From Octopus bimaculoides (taxonomy: Eukaryota): DNA of 64,000 nucleotides. Location: contig NC_068993.1 of assembly GCF_001194135.2 (NCBI RefSeq), positions 52,908,998 to 52,972,997 of the forward strand. The letters run 5' to 3'. The translations under genes and the position numbers were made by a program. The notes beneath the pieces are model-generated. The model worked only from the letters and a program-made list of their open reading frames with translations, was not told the origin of the DNA and did not search any database. Below, in pieces: positions 50,017 to 62,479 of this stretch (positions are counted from its first letter, which is position 1; each line of letters starts with the position of its first letter).

Positions 50017-51542
50017 TAGGAAATAAATAATATTAAGATGTTACTTATCTCCTAGCCTAAAGCAAGGATATAAGTAATACCTTAAAAGGTAGCAATTTAC
50101 AGCTGTGAAGAGAAAGAATGTATTTTACTATTTTAGAGTAAATATACAATGCGAAACTATATTTAGAGGACCTTCAAGAAGTTATTTACTCACGTATAAT
50201 GTGAGAAATTTTATACAAAATGTTGGGGGTCATAACTGGGGATAGCACTATATTCAACTGTTGAAAAGAGGAGAAAATCAACATTTTAACATCCGCATTG
50301 CCATGATCACATGGGTCAGACAGAATTTGTTAAGGTAGGTTTTCTACAGCCCAATGCTCTTCCTGTCACCAAGTAAAGTATTTCTCCATGGCCAGACATT
50401 TGTCTACAATTATCACGTGACATCAAGGTAAGGAGACAGTAACACACAGACACATATACAACAGGCTTTTTTTGAGTTTCCATCTACCAAATCCACTAAC
50501 AAGGCTTTGGTTCGCCTGAGGTTATAATAGAAGACATTGCTCAAGGTGCCCTGCAGTGGGATTGAATCTAGAATCATGTGGTTGAGAAACAAACTTCTTA
50601 ACACAGCCATGCCTGCATATATTCCAAATTTTTAGTGTTTGTGTGGTGGTCACATATTTTTTTTTTTTAAATCAAAGGAGCAATGTTTGATGTGGAACAA
50701 AATCATTGTCATTTTTAAGTCCATTTCTTCCATGATGACAAGTTGGATAGTTTTCCTCATTCTTTGTGGCACATGCCCTTCAGTAAAACAAAGCAGTAGA
50801 GAGAAGCTGCCCACTTTGTTGCTGTTTACATTTTTACAATGAAATCCAAAGAGAAGCATTTACTTTTATTCATCACCATCTTAACACCCATATTTCCATG
50901 TTCACATGGGTTGGGCAGATTTTACTGAGGTAAATTTTCTATGGCCAGACATCTTTCCAACCTCCATCCTTCACCTCTTGGATTTCTCAGCCTGTATCCA
51001 GTGGAATATTGAAGCTGTAACAACTGGAAGGAAAGTGGACTGCTCCAGTATACAACTGGTACTAATTTTAGCTGAGTAGACTGTATGTAGCAACATGAAA
51101 TGAGTTGCCCTGTTTAAGGATACAATGTACCAGCCAATCCAAGGATTGAACCCACAACATTATGATCATGAACTCAACAGCCTAACTACTAGGCCACATG
51201 CCTTCACAAGATAGAGCTATGGAGAGAATTTAAAGACCTCATATTTCTAGCATAATGATGTGTTCTTAATTCATTCAAGAATATTATTGTCTAAAGTGTT
51301 AATAATAAAAAAAAAGAAAGAAAAAGAAAGATTTGATATTAAACACCATTTTCTGTATATCTTTAACAACTTACAAATCCTGCCCCTTCAAAGATAAAAT
51401 AAACTAATTGAAACTTTAATAGGTTTCAAATGATAACATCAGTCTGACGTGACATACAGCTGCCTAAAAGCAATATTCTCAGAATTGAAATAAATATCTT
51501 AATATAACAATTTATATGTAAGAAATAAAGAAACAATAAAAT

Positions 51543-51576
<34 letters not shown>

Positions 51577-52149
51577 GCAAAGAACTGCAGTTTAAACCAA
51601 CAAAGCATGAAATACATGGGACAGTCAGTAGCCTGAGGTTGAAAAGTAAGTTGTGGGACTATAGTAACAAAGTTCAGAAGTTCAAACCAAAACACTATCA
51701 GAATGAGGAGGGAGGAAGGGAGATGGCTTTTATTTATTTATTTATTATTATTTTTTATATAATTTCTAACCTCAAAACACACCCTTAAAACTAGTGTGGA
51801 TACCAATGCTTATCAAATAGCAAGCTGGAGATTATTCCCAATAGACAGAACAGTGACAAGATGCCAAGCCTAATCTGAAAGAATTAGGAACACAGGAGGA
51901 GGTGCTGAAAGAAAATACTATAGCTTTGTAAAGGAAAGAGGAGGTAGTAGCAGACAGAAGTTTAATACTCTGGCCTTGAGTTCCTTTGTAAAATGTAGAT
52001 AAAAGATGTCTAATAGACCTTAACAAGTATTTTATCTTTCTTTCAATTGGAGCTGGTATAGTAAACAATATGACTGGTTAATTAATGATTTTACAAATTA
52101 ATGAAATACCAAGCTACACAGCAGTTTATTCAAATTTTCAACATAGGCA

Positions 52150-52500
52150 TTGGCGTGGTTGTGTGCTTGCTAATCACATGGTTCCAGGCTCAGTCCCACT
52201 GCCTGTGGCACCTTGAGCAAGTGTCTTCAACTATAGCCTTGGGCCAACCAAAGCCTTGTGAGTGGATGTGGTAGATGGAAACTGAAAGAAGCTCGTCGCA
52301 TATATATGTGTATATCTATGTATGTGTGTCTTTGTATCTGTGTTTGTCCCCCATCACTGCTTGACAACTGGTGTTGTGTTTACATCCTCATAACTTAGCA
52401 GCTCAGCAAAAGAAACTGATAGAATAAGTACTAGGCTTAAAAAAATAAACCCTGGGATTGATTTGTTCAACTAGAACCCCTCAAGGCAGTGCTCCAACAT
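52150..52500 (+). mobile_element. Full-length tRNA-derived SINE family A (head, internal microsatellite, tail); more than 20 copies or fragments in the window
   Basis: Head ...catggttccaggctcagtcccactg...cttgagcaagtgtcttc...gtagatggaaactgaaagaagc, a (TA/TG)n linker, and tail ...taacttagc...gatagaataagtact...gaaacaagtaaaag. Confidence 0.85.
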
Positions 52501-55500
52501 GGCTGCAGCCAAATGACCGAAACAAGTAAAAGAATAAAAGGGAAAGGCATACATTATTATTAACATATATGTTTTCAAAAATCTTGAATGTTTCTAAAAG
52601 TGGTTTTACAGCAAGAAGTAACTTAACCCTTTTGATACCAATTCACCCGAGACACCACACTGCTGGTTCTATGTTACAAATTTCCTGCTGAGAGTGATCT
52701 AAATTAAAGCCTTCCATCAAAACATGTTCCAAACACCAGTTTAAAATTGACAATGTTATTTTGCTAAATTCCTCATTTCAACTGAAATATGGCAATGAAA
52801 TAGTTAAAAGGAATTTTTTTTTTATCATTAGATATATTCAAACCGTACATTTTTTTTTTAGTAAATTAAGATTTAAAAATACAAGATATAATTAATTTTA
52901 AAGAAAGTATTATGTATGAGAAGTGTAGCAGGCATTAGTTAAGAAGTCTACTCTTCAACAAATGGTTGTGGATTCAGTCCCACTGTGCAGCATCTTAAGC
53001 AGGTGTCTCCTACCATAGCACTGGACCAACAAAAGCTTTATGAGTGAATTTGGTAGAAACTGAAAGAAGCCTTTTTTACACACATATATATTATATATGT
53101 GCTGGCCTGGCTGTGTGGTAAGAAGTTTGCTTCCCAACCACATTGTTCTGGGATCAGTCCCACTACTTGGCATCTTGGCCGTGTGTCCTCTACTATAGTC
53201 TCGGGCATACTTGTGAATGGATTTGGTAGATGGGACCTCAAAATAGCCTCTCATATATATATATAAATACAGATAGATAGACAGATATATATTTATGAGT
53301 GTGTGAATATAGAGAATCAACAAATTCCACCTGAAAAAATGCACATTAAAATGATGATGATGAATTATGTACAAAAAAGGCTTTATGAAGCCAAGAAAAT
53401 GAAAAGGTTAAATAGTGATCTATTGTTTTTGTCATTATTTTCAAAATTAATTGAAAATTGAAACAAAGACAGTGTATTTCAACAGAAATATGATACAGTA
53501 GTAACAGAGAGGGTTAAACAAATGTTTTATAGCATTACCAGAGGGTCAGAGAGAGAGATTCTAATGCAATAAAACAGAGTGACAAAGAGGTTTTCACCTA
53601 GATTTAGAATGATCAGAAATAGAACACAGTTGGCTAGCTTAAGTTTGTTCTCTGACCCCTGCAATTAAAATGTATGCTATCTCTGACACAGAATTCCAGC
53701 AAAGTTTACTTATCTCAAGTTGGCAGTAAACTTTAAGGAAAATGAAACAACTTTAACTGACCCGATACATCGTTCTACAGTCCAACTAACTCAATGAAGC
53801 ACTAGAAATATTTATAACATTTAGATATATTTAAATCATATTTAGTCTCTCACAGTGAAATGGCAAAACCAAAATATGGGTTGCCAATTCTGTTCTCCAG
53901 GTTTTAAATAACTTGACTACAGAAAGGATCTGAACTTTAAAACTAAATATAATAATGTAAAGTATTTTGTTTAGATCTCAATTGTCATTTTACTTAATAA
54001 TAATTGTTTTTAATTTAGGCAGAAAACTTGCAATTTTGGAGTAGAGCACTTACACTGCCAAGACATGGCCTTGCAGTAAAGAATTTTGTTTCGCAACTAC
54101 ATGGTATCTAGTTCAGTCCTACCACATAACACTTTGAGAAAGTGTCTTCCACTATAGCCCCAGGCTAATCTAATCCTTAGGAGTGCATTTGACAGCTGTA
54201 GAAGCCTATTTCATACACACATATAGCGACCACTTTTTGATGCATGCACTGGACAGACAGAATTTGTTGAGGCAGTTTTTCTATGGTTGAATGCTTTTCC
54301 TGTCACCAACCCAATTTGTTTCCAATTAAAGTTCCCCATGGCCAGACATATTTTTCACAGAAGACTGGAAACAATCAATGTTGCTTGCATGACATTGATG
54401 TTCATTTACACCCATTACATGTTGTCAAGATGAGGGTATACACACACACACACATATATACAACGGGTTTCTTTCAGTTTCCATCTACCAAATCCATTCA
54501 CTAGGCCTTGATCGGCCCAGGGCTATAGTTGAAGATACTTGCCCGGGGAGCTGTGCAGTGAAGTTGAACCTTAGATCACAAAGTTGGGAAGCAAGCTTCT
54601 CAACCATACACCAACACTTGTGTGTGTGAGTGTGCATGTGCATGCACACTGTTGTTACTCCACTGCCTGACAACCAATATTGGTTTGCTTGTATTCTTAC
54701 AATTTAACACGAGCAGCAAAAAACAACAAAAAAAAAACAATAGAAAAAGTACCAGACTTGGAACAAAAGTCCTGGGCTAAGTTTGTTTGAATAAACCATT
54801 CAAGGCTGTGCTCTCTATCATGGCTACAGTCCAATAACTCATTATGAATTAAATTAAAAGTCAATCTAAGCATTAAAAAAAACTGCCTTAAGGTCAGGAC
54901 CCACCCACCCTAAACACCTTTTTTAAAGCTATTTTAATTACAAACACCTGAAGACATTTTAATAAGCAGGTAGTGGAGTTATGGCAACAAAGCATCTTTA
55001 ATTCTGCTGTTGTCAAATGAAAGCCCACTCTACCTGTCAATTTGATAAAAAGGTCAGAAAATCATTTTTGGAATAGGTCAATCTGGCCAGTTTTTCTCCC
55101 TGTTTTATATTTATTTGATGTGGGTTAGTGGTTAGGGTGTTGAGTCTATGAATCATAAAGTCATGCATTTCAAAACAATTTTCTGTCATAAGTGCATGAC
55201 TAAGAAGCTCACTTTGCAACCATGTGGTTTTGGGTTCAGTCTCACAGCATAGCAGCTTGGGCAAGTGTTTTTTTTTTTTGCTATAACCCCAGGGTAGCCA
55301 ATGACTTATGAGTGAGTTTGGTAGACAGAAATTGTGTGGCAGCCTCTCTGTGAGTATGTTGGTTTGTTTACAACTTTACAATCTTGTAAATTAGCAGTTG
55401 AGTAAAAGAGACAGAAAGAATAACTACCAGACTTATTATAAAACAGATGCAGGCATAGTTGTATGACTAGAAAACCTATTTCTCAACCATGTGGTTTCAG

Positions 55501-58500
55501 CTTCAGCCCCACTGAATGGCACTTTGGGCAATTGTCTTCTACTTTAGATCCAGATCAACCAAAATCTTGCAAGTAAATTTGGTAGATTAAAACTGAAAGA
55601 AGTCCATTGTATGTGTGTGTGTGTGTGTGTATATGTGTACCCTTGTCTTGACATCATATAAACAAGAGTCGTTCATTTCCAATCTTCTGTCTACAGGAAG
55701 GGCATCCAACCAGAGAAAATCTGCCACAATGAATTCCATCTGACCCATGCAAGCATGGAAAAGTGGATGTTAAAATGATGATAATAATGACCAAGTTTTT
55801 AAACAGCAGTATTACACATGAACACAATCACAGGCACATCTTGTTAATAAATAATGTTAAATATGGCTTCTAAATTTCATTAACATCCCTAACTCATCTT
55901 GATTTCTCTACAACAGTCTGTAAACAGCAACTTCTTAAAGTCTCTATCAGGTTTGTATAGATAAACATCATCATCACTGTTCCAACATACACTTATCCAT
56001 GCTTGCATAGGTTAGATGGAATTCATCAAAGCAGATTTATTTATTTCCACTGTCCACCAGCAAGTGATTAAATTGACTAGGAACACTGAGCGCATACATT
56101 TCCACAATTCTCAACCAATTTTCACCAAACTTTACACACACGTTACTTATGTCCTAAGGATGGTCATGCACTATAACATTTTGCCTAGAGCTCCCACATA
56201 AATTGACCTAAATGGATATAGTTGTTTTTTGTATGTAGGGTCTTCCATACTTTTTAAATTTTTACTTTTAGAAATTTATATGATGGGCTTCTCTCAGTTT
56301 TGTCTACCAAATCTACGCACAGGCTTTGGTCAGCCCAGGGTTATCGTAAAAGATGACACACAGTGGGACTGAACTCAAAACCACATAGTTGGGAAGCAAA
56401 CTTTTTAATCATCAGTTTGAAGGTTTGTACTGAGGCCAAAATGTATGTTTTGTAATGTGAAAATAGTTGCTCCATCTACAATGCTTGACAGATATTTACA
56501 CTTACCAAAGAGTCAACGTCTGTAATAAGCAGTGTTGTGTTAACTTCAGTAGTTTGACAAGAACTAATGATATTTGCAGGAATAATTGTCATTTGATACA
56601 CTTAATGTAACTTTCAATTCTCAGAGAATATAGAAAGAAACCACTTGAAATGTTTTAGTATATATGCACTGAAGTCATTTGAAAGCTTTCTCAACAATTC
56701 CAGTTCCTTTAAGTTAATTAAACATATTCAGTTCCTTGTAGTGATATATGACATTTATAAGAAAAAAAATTATATTGTACTGAAACATAATAGACTGATA
56801 TTAACTGCAAAATCTGTCAGTACCAAATAAGTTTCATAGATGGAACATTTGAAAATAATAATGCTAAAGATTAAATTTGGTTTCTCTAAAGAGTGGCTGT
56901 TAATTGTAGATGTTCTCAGTATAATTTCGAAACTAAAATATTACAATGCAGTATTGTATTATAGAGTGTAATAGTTTACATAATATTCAATAAAATCTTT
57001 TCTATATATTCTGCAGTACAAATTAGCACCAGAACACACATCGTTAAATCGTCAGTAATTTAATAAACTGAACTTAGCTGTCAAGAATGTATTAAACATT
57101 CAACCCTTCCTGCTTTTATTTAAAAATGGGTATTTTTAAATAAAATTTTCTACAAATATTTTTCAGTCAATACGTATTTCTCTGTACTAAAATACACTTA
57201 AAAACATTGGTCAATCCGAAACTACAATAAAAGACACATTCCCAAAGTGTCACGCAGAGGGACTGAACTCAGAACCACGTGGTTGCAAAGTGAACGTCTT
57301 AATCACGTAGTCATATCTGTACCTGCAAATATGTGTTAGATTATGCAAACTATTTAGTGAAAATAATAATAACTCAACGAAATATTTACCAAAACTGAAA
57401 CGAATTGACTGCCGTTATGCTACTGAAAATTAAGAGATGGGTACGATTAAAACCCTTTGAAAAGCGTGCCCCAGCATGAAACAGTAAAAGAATACATTGC
57501 AGAAAATAACTGAATATTAATTTTCTTAATCAATACAGCGTATAATTTAACAAAGCTAACGAGACGGTTTCGTGTTTGCCGATGCTATTGTATCCATGGC
57601 GGAGATGAAGAATACGTACACCACACGTTTTTGGCGTAACCCTAAAACCTACCCCTAAACACCGGGTGTGCGTATTCTTTACCTTCGCCTGTACACATAT
57701 GTTTATCTCTCACAAAGTTGTAGTGTTGACTTTGTATATCGTTTAGTTCATAGACTTCGATTGAATGAAAGATAAGTAGATCTCGGCGGGACGTAGATGC
57801 AGAATACGGAAGAAGGAAATTAAAGACGTGTTCCTATATTTGTCATGCAGTTTGTATTGGTCACGTTTAAAATTGTTGTCGGAGAAGTAATTAATTATGT
57901 GGTATAACATGTGTAAGCTATAAAAGTCATGTGTATGTATGATAAAACGTCTTTCACTGCAACATAACATGTGATATCATACCATAGTAGTTTACGAGCC
58001 AGCGACGGGAGTCTATTAATGATCGTGTGACGTGGTAGAAATAATAACCAAATCTCCTTAAAAATTACCTTTATTAAACCAAGTCACAGGAGATAATGTA
58101 GTTCGGAATACACTATGCCTGAAAACAAGAGAAGCATGACCATAGCTGAACTGGTTTTGATCATAAATCTTTTATCAAGACTAATCTGGGACTAAACAAT
58201 ACCAGCAGGATAGTCGTTTATAATATATCTCCATAATATATACACTAGTGATTCAACATTGAAGTATTGATAAGAAAAAAAGCTGATGTAACAACGAAAT
58301 GATGGTTATTTTAATCTACTGCCAAATGCAGTAAATGTTACAAAAGAGAAACTAAAACTGACGACAAACGTTACTAATTAAGCAAACTACGGCACAGTTG
58401 TACTTTAAACTAGGTTTAATATTTACTTCAACTACAGTTTTATGGTTACTTATCAACATCACCCGCACAGATGCTGTGTAACTTGGTTTAATTAGTGAAA

Positions 58501-58513
58501 GACAAGCACTCAC

Positions 58514-58516
58514 CAT
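58514..58516 (-). CDS. POMP: POMP exon 1 coding part (start ATG only)
   Basis: Minus strand reads ATAACAACA-ATG|GTGAGT: A-rich start context followed by a consensus donor, just downstream of the promoter motif cluster. The phase 0 end matches the phase 0 start of exon 2. Human POMP exon 1 also ends at the ATG (recalled). Confidence 0.8.
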
Positions 58517-58525
58517 TGTTGTTAT

Positions 58526-58564
58526 TCAACTTTCTGCACATTCACGCTTTAGAAATGGCAACAT
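58526..58564 (-). other. Upstream ORF in the putative POMP 5' UTR (MLPFLKRECAES*)
   Basis: ATG TTG CCA TTT CTA AAG CGT GAA TGT GCA GAA AGT TGA, in frame with the main ATG and ending 9 nt before it. Whether it is transcribed depends on the TSS. Confidence 0.5.
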
Positions 58565-58569
58565 TTCCT

Positions 58570-58623
58570 CTTCCGGTTATGTAGAGCACGTGACTGAAGG
58601 TGGGCGGAGTTAAGTCCAATTGG
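58570..58623 (-). promoter_or_regulatory. POMP proximal promoter: ETS (CCGGAAG 58570-58576), E-box/CLEAR-like GTCACGTG (58587-58594), GC box (GGGCGGAG 58602-58609), palindromic CCAATTGG (58616-58623)
   Basis: Four canonical housekeeping-promoter motifs lie within 54 bp, ~55-110 bp upstream of the ATG exon, inside the CpG-rich domain. No TATA box seen. Confidence 0.75.
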
Positions 58624-58988
58624 GCAAACATGAGTTTAAACAACTTTCAGATTCCAGTAGCTCGTTTCTTTTTCTACCTGAATACAGGAAATAATTTTTT
58701 TGAATGAATTCCATTCTAAGAAACGACTATTTATCAAAAGGAATTTTATCTATACTTTTTTTTTATTTAGTGTAAGTACCCGAGGTTTATGTTTACATAG
58801 AAAAGAAAAAAAACTAATTCAAAATTATTTTCAAGGGAGTGTGATTAATTGAAGTAATTCTCAGCCAAACTTAAAAAGTTTGGACACAACTTTTCTTTTC
58901 TATGAAAGACCATTTAAAAGAAAAAAATCTGACCTGGACTGTAGTCGATGGATGATAACATTATGTTCCAGCATTTTCATATTTTATA

Positions 58989-59217
58989 NNNNNNNNNNNN
59001 NNNNNNNNNNNNNNNNNNNNNNNNNNNNNNNNNNNNNNNNNNNNNNNNNNNNNNNNNNNNNNNNNNNNNNNNNNNNNNNNNNNNNNNNNNNNNNNNNNNN
59101 NNNNNNNNNNNNNNNNNNNNNNNNNNNNNNNNNNNNNNNNNNNNNNNNNNNNNNNNNNNNNNNNNNNNNNNNNNNNNNNNNNNNNNNNNNNNNNNNNNNN
59201 NNNNNNNNNNNNNNNNN
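58989..59217. other. Assembly gap (N)
   Basis: N run. Confidence 1.
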
Positions 59218-61957
59218 GTGGTTGAAAATGGTGACCTTTTCATATCTCACATTCAAGGAATATTTCATATGAATTCCATATTAATGAATTTTACGAAAAA
59301 GGAAAGCGGAAAAATATAATTATCGTTGTAATAACTCTCCAAAGAGTTACAAATTTAAGTTTACCTCTTTTTTTCTTCTTTTTTTGATTGAATAATTCAT
59401 TCTAGTTGATGTTTAACGCGTTTTATCTGGACATTGGTCATACAAAATGTGTCGCCTCCAACCATACACTACCTCATGGAATTTATTATACACTAGGATC
59501 TCTCGTTTTACAACGTGTCTCTTGATTTTACCGCTAGCTTCTACACTTTGGTCTAACAGTATTGAAGGTAAGTAAAAGAAGCTATTATTTTTATCATCAT
59601 CATCATCGTCATCATCATTAGTTTACGTCCAGTTCTGTTCTAAGTTCAAATCCTGCCGAGGTCATTTTCTCGTTAAATCTTTCGGAGTCGCTATTAGTAC
59701 TGGATCGATTTAATCGATTATACTCTTCCCCAAATTTTTAGTTCTTTTGCAAATGTTAGAAATGGTTATTATCGTTAAGATAGAAGATTGGCAGAAATCG
59801 ATAGAGCTTGCTTCCCGTCTCTCTACACTCTGTTGAAATACAACCGCGATTAAATTCATCTTTTGTCCTGCCAGGGTCGATAGAATTAATGATCAGTCAA
59901 GTTCTGAGATCCGTACAATAGACTATTCTCCTCCCACTAAATGTGTAGCCGTTTGCTTAGGTTGGAAACCAAAACCAGAGAACAGCTGGAAGGGGCACTT
60001 GCCCTTAGGAGTAGGATAATTTGGGGATCTGGGTGGGAGACCTTACTGGCATGTCTCATTTTATTCCTTTTAAATACCTTCGTTTTCCATGCCTATTCTT
60101 TTTGGTAATTTGAACCTTGGCATGTGACAAGTATGCGAGTCAAGGCGAAAGATCGCCTGAATCTTCGAGAGCCCACACCGTTTTCGTAATTATTTCTTGT
60201 AATGTCCCGCATCCATCGTCCTTGTGGCAATAATAAAGACGTTCTTTACCTTCAAGAGTTCGAAACCCGCCTAAATCGACTTCGCCTTTCGTCCTGTCGG
60301 GGTCGATAAATTAAGTACCAATTGAGCACTGATCGACTATCCCCCCTCCCCACAAATTCTAGGCCTTGTGCCTAGAGTAGAAAGGGCTATTATTATTAAA
60401 GAAATAATTATCATTACAAGTGCTATGAAGTGGCAGAGTCGGTCGCATCGCGCTTAGTGACATTCTGACGCATTCCTTTACGCTCTTAAGTTCAAATCCC
60501 GCCCAGGTCTACTTGGATTAAACTCGATGTCCTCTCCGCCGCCACCACTACAACCACCAAAATTGGGGGGAAATAATGCACAGTCTTGTGTCTTAGCTTG
60601 TAAAGTGTTATTTACTGAGGTATATACAATCTACTATATTTACTAACAACATAATTAGAAGCGACTTCAACTAAGAATGAAATCGCGTTGCTTCTAAGCT
60701 AATTCCTAGCTAATGCAGGGCTCAGCATGTCTATCTAAAATCAGTATTTTGATTAAACACAAGGTGAGAGTTTTGTATGGGATAATAACAGTCGATTTTA
60801 TCGATACTGTTTATTCTAGGTACTTACGAAACGCGGTTTTAATTAATTTCGATCCCATGGTATTCAAAAAATGTAGTCAGCATTCTACCATCTGAACGTC
60901 ACCATCCTGGTATCAATAGTGATGATTTCATTATTTTCCACAATGGAACATTAATACAAAATATAGCCACTGTTGATGGTGGATATACATAAGTGTTATT
61001 TTTATACGACATCAGCTTTATTTTTAATCCTATTTACAGAAAGTGTATTTTATGCTTGGGTAAACATTCTCGTGGGACCCTGCAAATACGAGCATACAAG
61101 GGAACATCTATGTGGTCGTTCGACCCTCTAGAAAAAGCAGCCAAATCTCCAAATCACACCTTGCCGTCTAAAAAAGGGATACTTTGGATTATATGTGTCC
61201 GGATTCGCTGCAAATAGTAAGAAGTATTCCAGTCGTGACCTGGAATACTTTTAATTATATGTCTGCTTCACCAGGGATGATCGGGAGCTGAACAACAAGG
61301 CATAACTACAGATTGGCGCCCCTCTCTGCCTCCGATCTTGTTTACTTATAATGTTATGAAAAATGCATATTTTTAAATGAAATTTTGCAGGTATACATTA
61401 TCGAGCGTGTAGATTATGTATATACTCATAAAATTTAAGGAAAAGAAATTTTTTCCCATGGAATTTAAGATCAAACTCCTCGACGACCTCCCCCTCCTAG
61501 TATTTTCACTTTTTTTTTTTTTTCAAATTTATGTATTTGAAACGTCAACATTACGAAATTTAAATTCTCATAAACCTATCTCTGCAAAGTTTAATCTAAA
61601 AATATGCATCTTCAAGAATTCTACGGAAGCAAAGTTAAGTGGGAGAGCTGAATGATCAAAAACTATTTCAACAATTTTTTGATGTTGTCGATATAATCGT
61701 ACATTACAACCTCACAAACGTACTCTACATAATGATTGTGCATTTTTCAGAAAGTTATGAGGAAGCAACGAGGTCACCTGTGGGACACAAACTGTAATTA
61801 TGCCAACAACAGCAACACCAGTTCTAAAGATAACTCATAAAGCCTGCCTTTCACAGACAAAAATTAACTGTTTACACACTCTCTTTAAGAGATTTGTGTG
61901 TATAGATATGTATATCATATATGTATATATATATATATGTGTGTGTGTGTGTGCGTG

Positions 61958-62003
<46 letters not shown>

Positions 62004-62147
62004 TATTAATGAGGGTAGAAATTGATATTAATCAATTAAAACCAGGTTCAGATTACATATAGTCCGTCTCCGCCTTAAAAAAATCCGAAGATTAAAATTA
62101 TATTACATACAAAAAAAAGAGGAATGACCAGCAAAAAGTGAACTCCT

Positions 62148-62479
62148 NNNNNNNNNNNNNNNNNNNNNNNNNNNNNNNNNNNNNNNNNNNNNNNNNNNNN
62201 NNNNNNNNNNNNNNNNNNNNNNNNNNNNNNNNNNNNNNNNNNNNNNNNNNNNNNNNNNNNNNNNNNNNNNNNNNNNNNNNNNNNNNNNNNNNNNNNNNNN
62301 NNNNNNNNNNNNNNNNNNNNNNNNNNNNNNNNNNNNNNNNNNNNNNNNNNNNNNNNNNNNNNNNNNNNNNNNNNNNNNNNNNNNNNNNNNNNNNNNNNNN
62401 NNNNNNNNNNNNNNNNNNNNNNNNNNNNNNNNNNNNNNNNNNNNNNNNNNNNNNNNNNNNNNNNNNNNNNNNNNNNNNN
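62148..62479. other. Assembly gap (N)
   Basis: N run. Confidence 1.

Larger units (their letters stand above)
24366..58570 (-). other. POMP: POMP/UMP1 gene span (exons 1-5 found; terminal exon not located). Introns: 31146-58513 (27,368 bp), 28885-31041 (2,157 bp), 28493-28823 (331 bp), 24460-28390 (3,931 bp)
   Basis: Five GT-AG bounded exons with compatible phases (0,2,0,0,1) splice to an open 121-aa frame. It contains the UMP1-family motifs HPLELSEK, LRKIQGIHAPLRLKME and LPCLPSSNVLLDTLMGNDDILEFGDILN (human as recalled: HPLELSEK, LRNIQGLFAPLKLQME, LPFLSSSNLSLDVLRGNDETIGFEDILN). Confidence 0.95.

Noticed and set aside
57596-57660. ATGGCGGAG start-like context on the plus strand
   Set aside because: The ORF closes after 20 codons, the donor is poor, and it would lie antisense within POMP intron 1.
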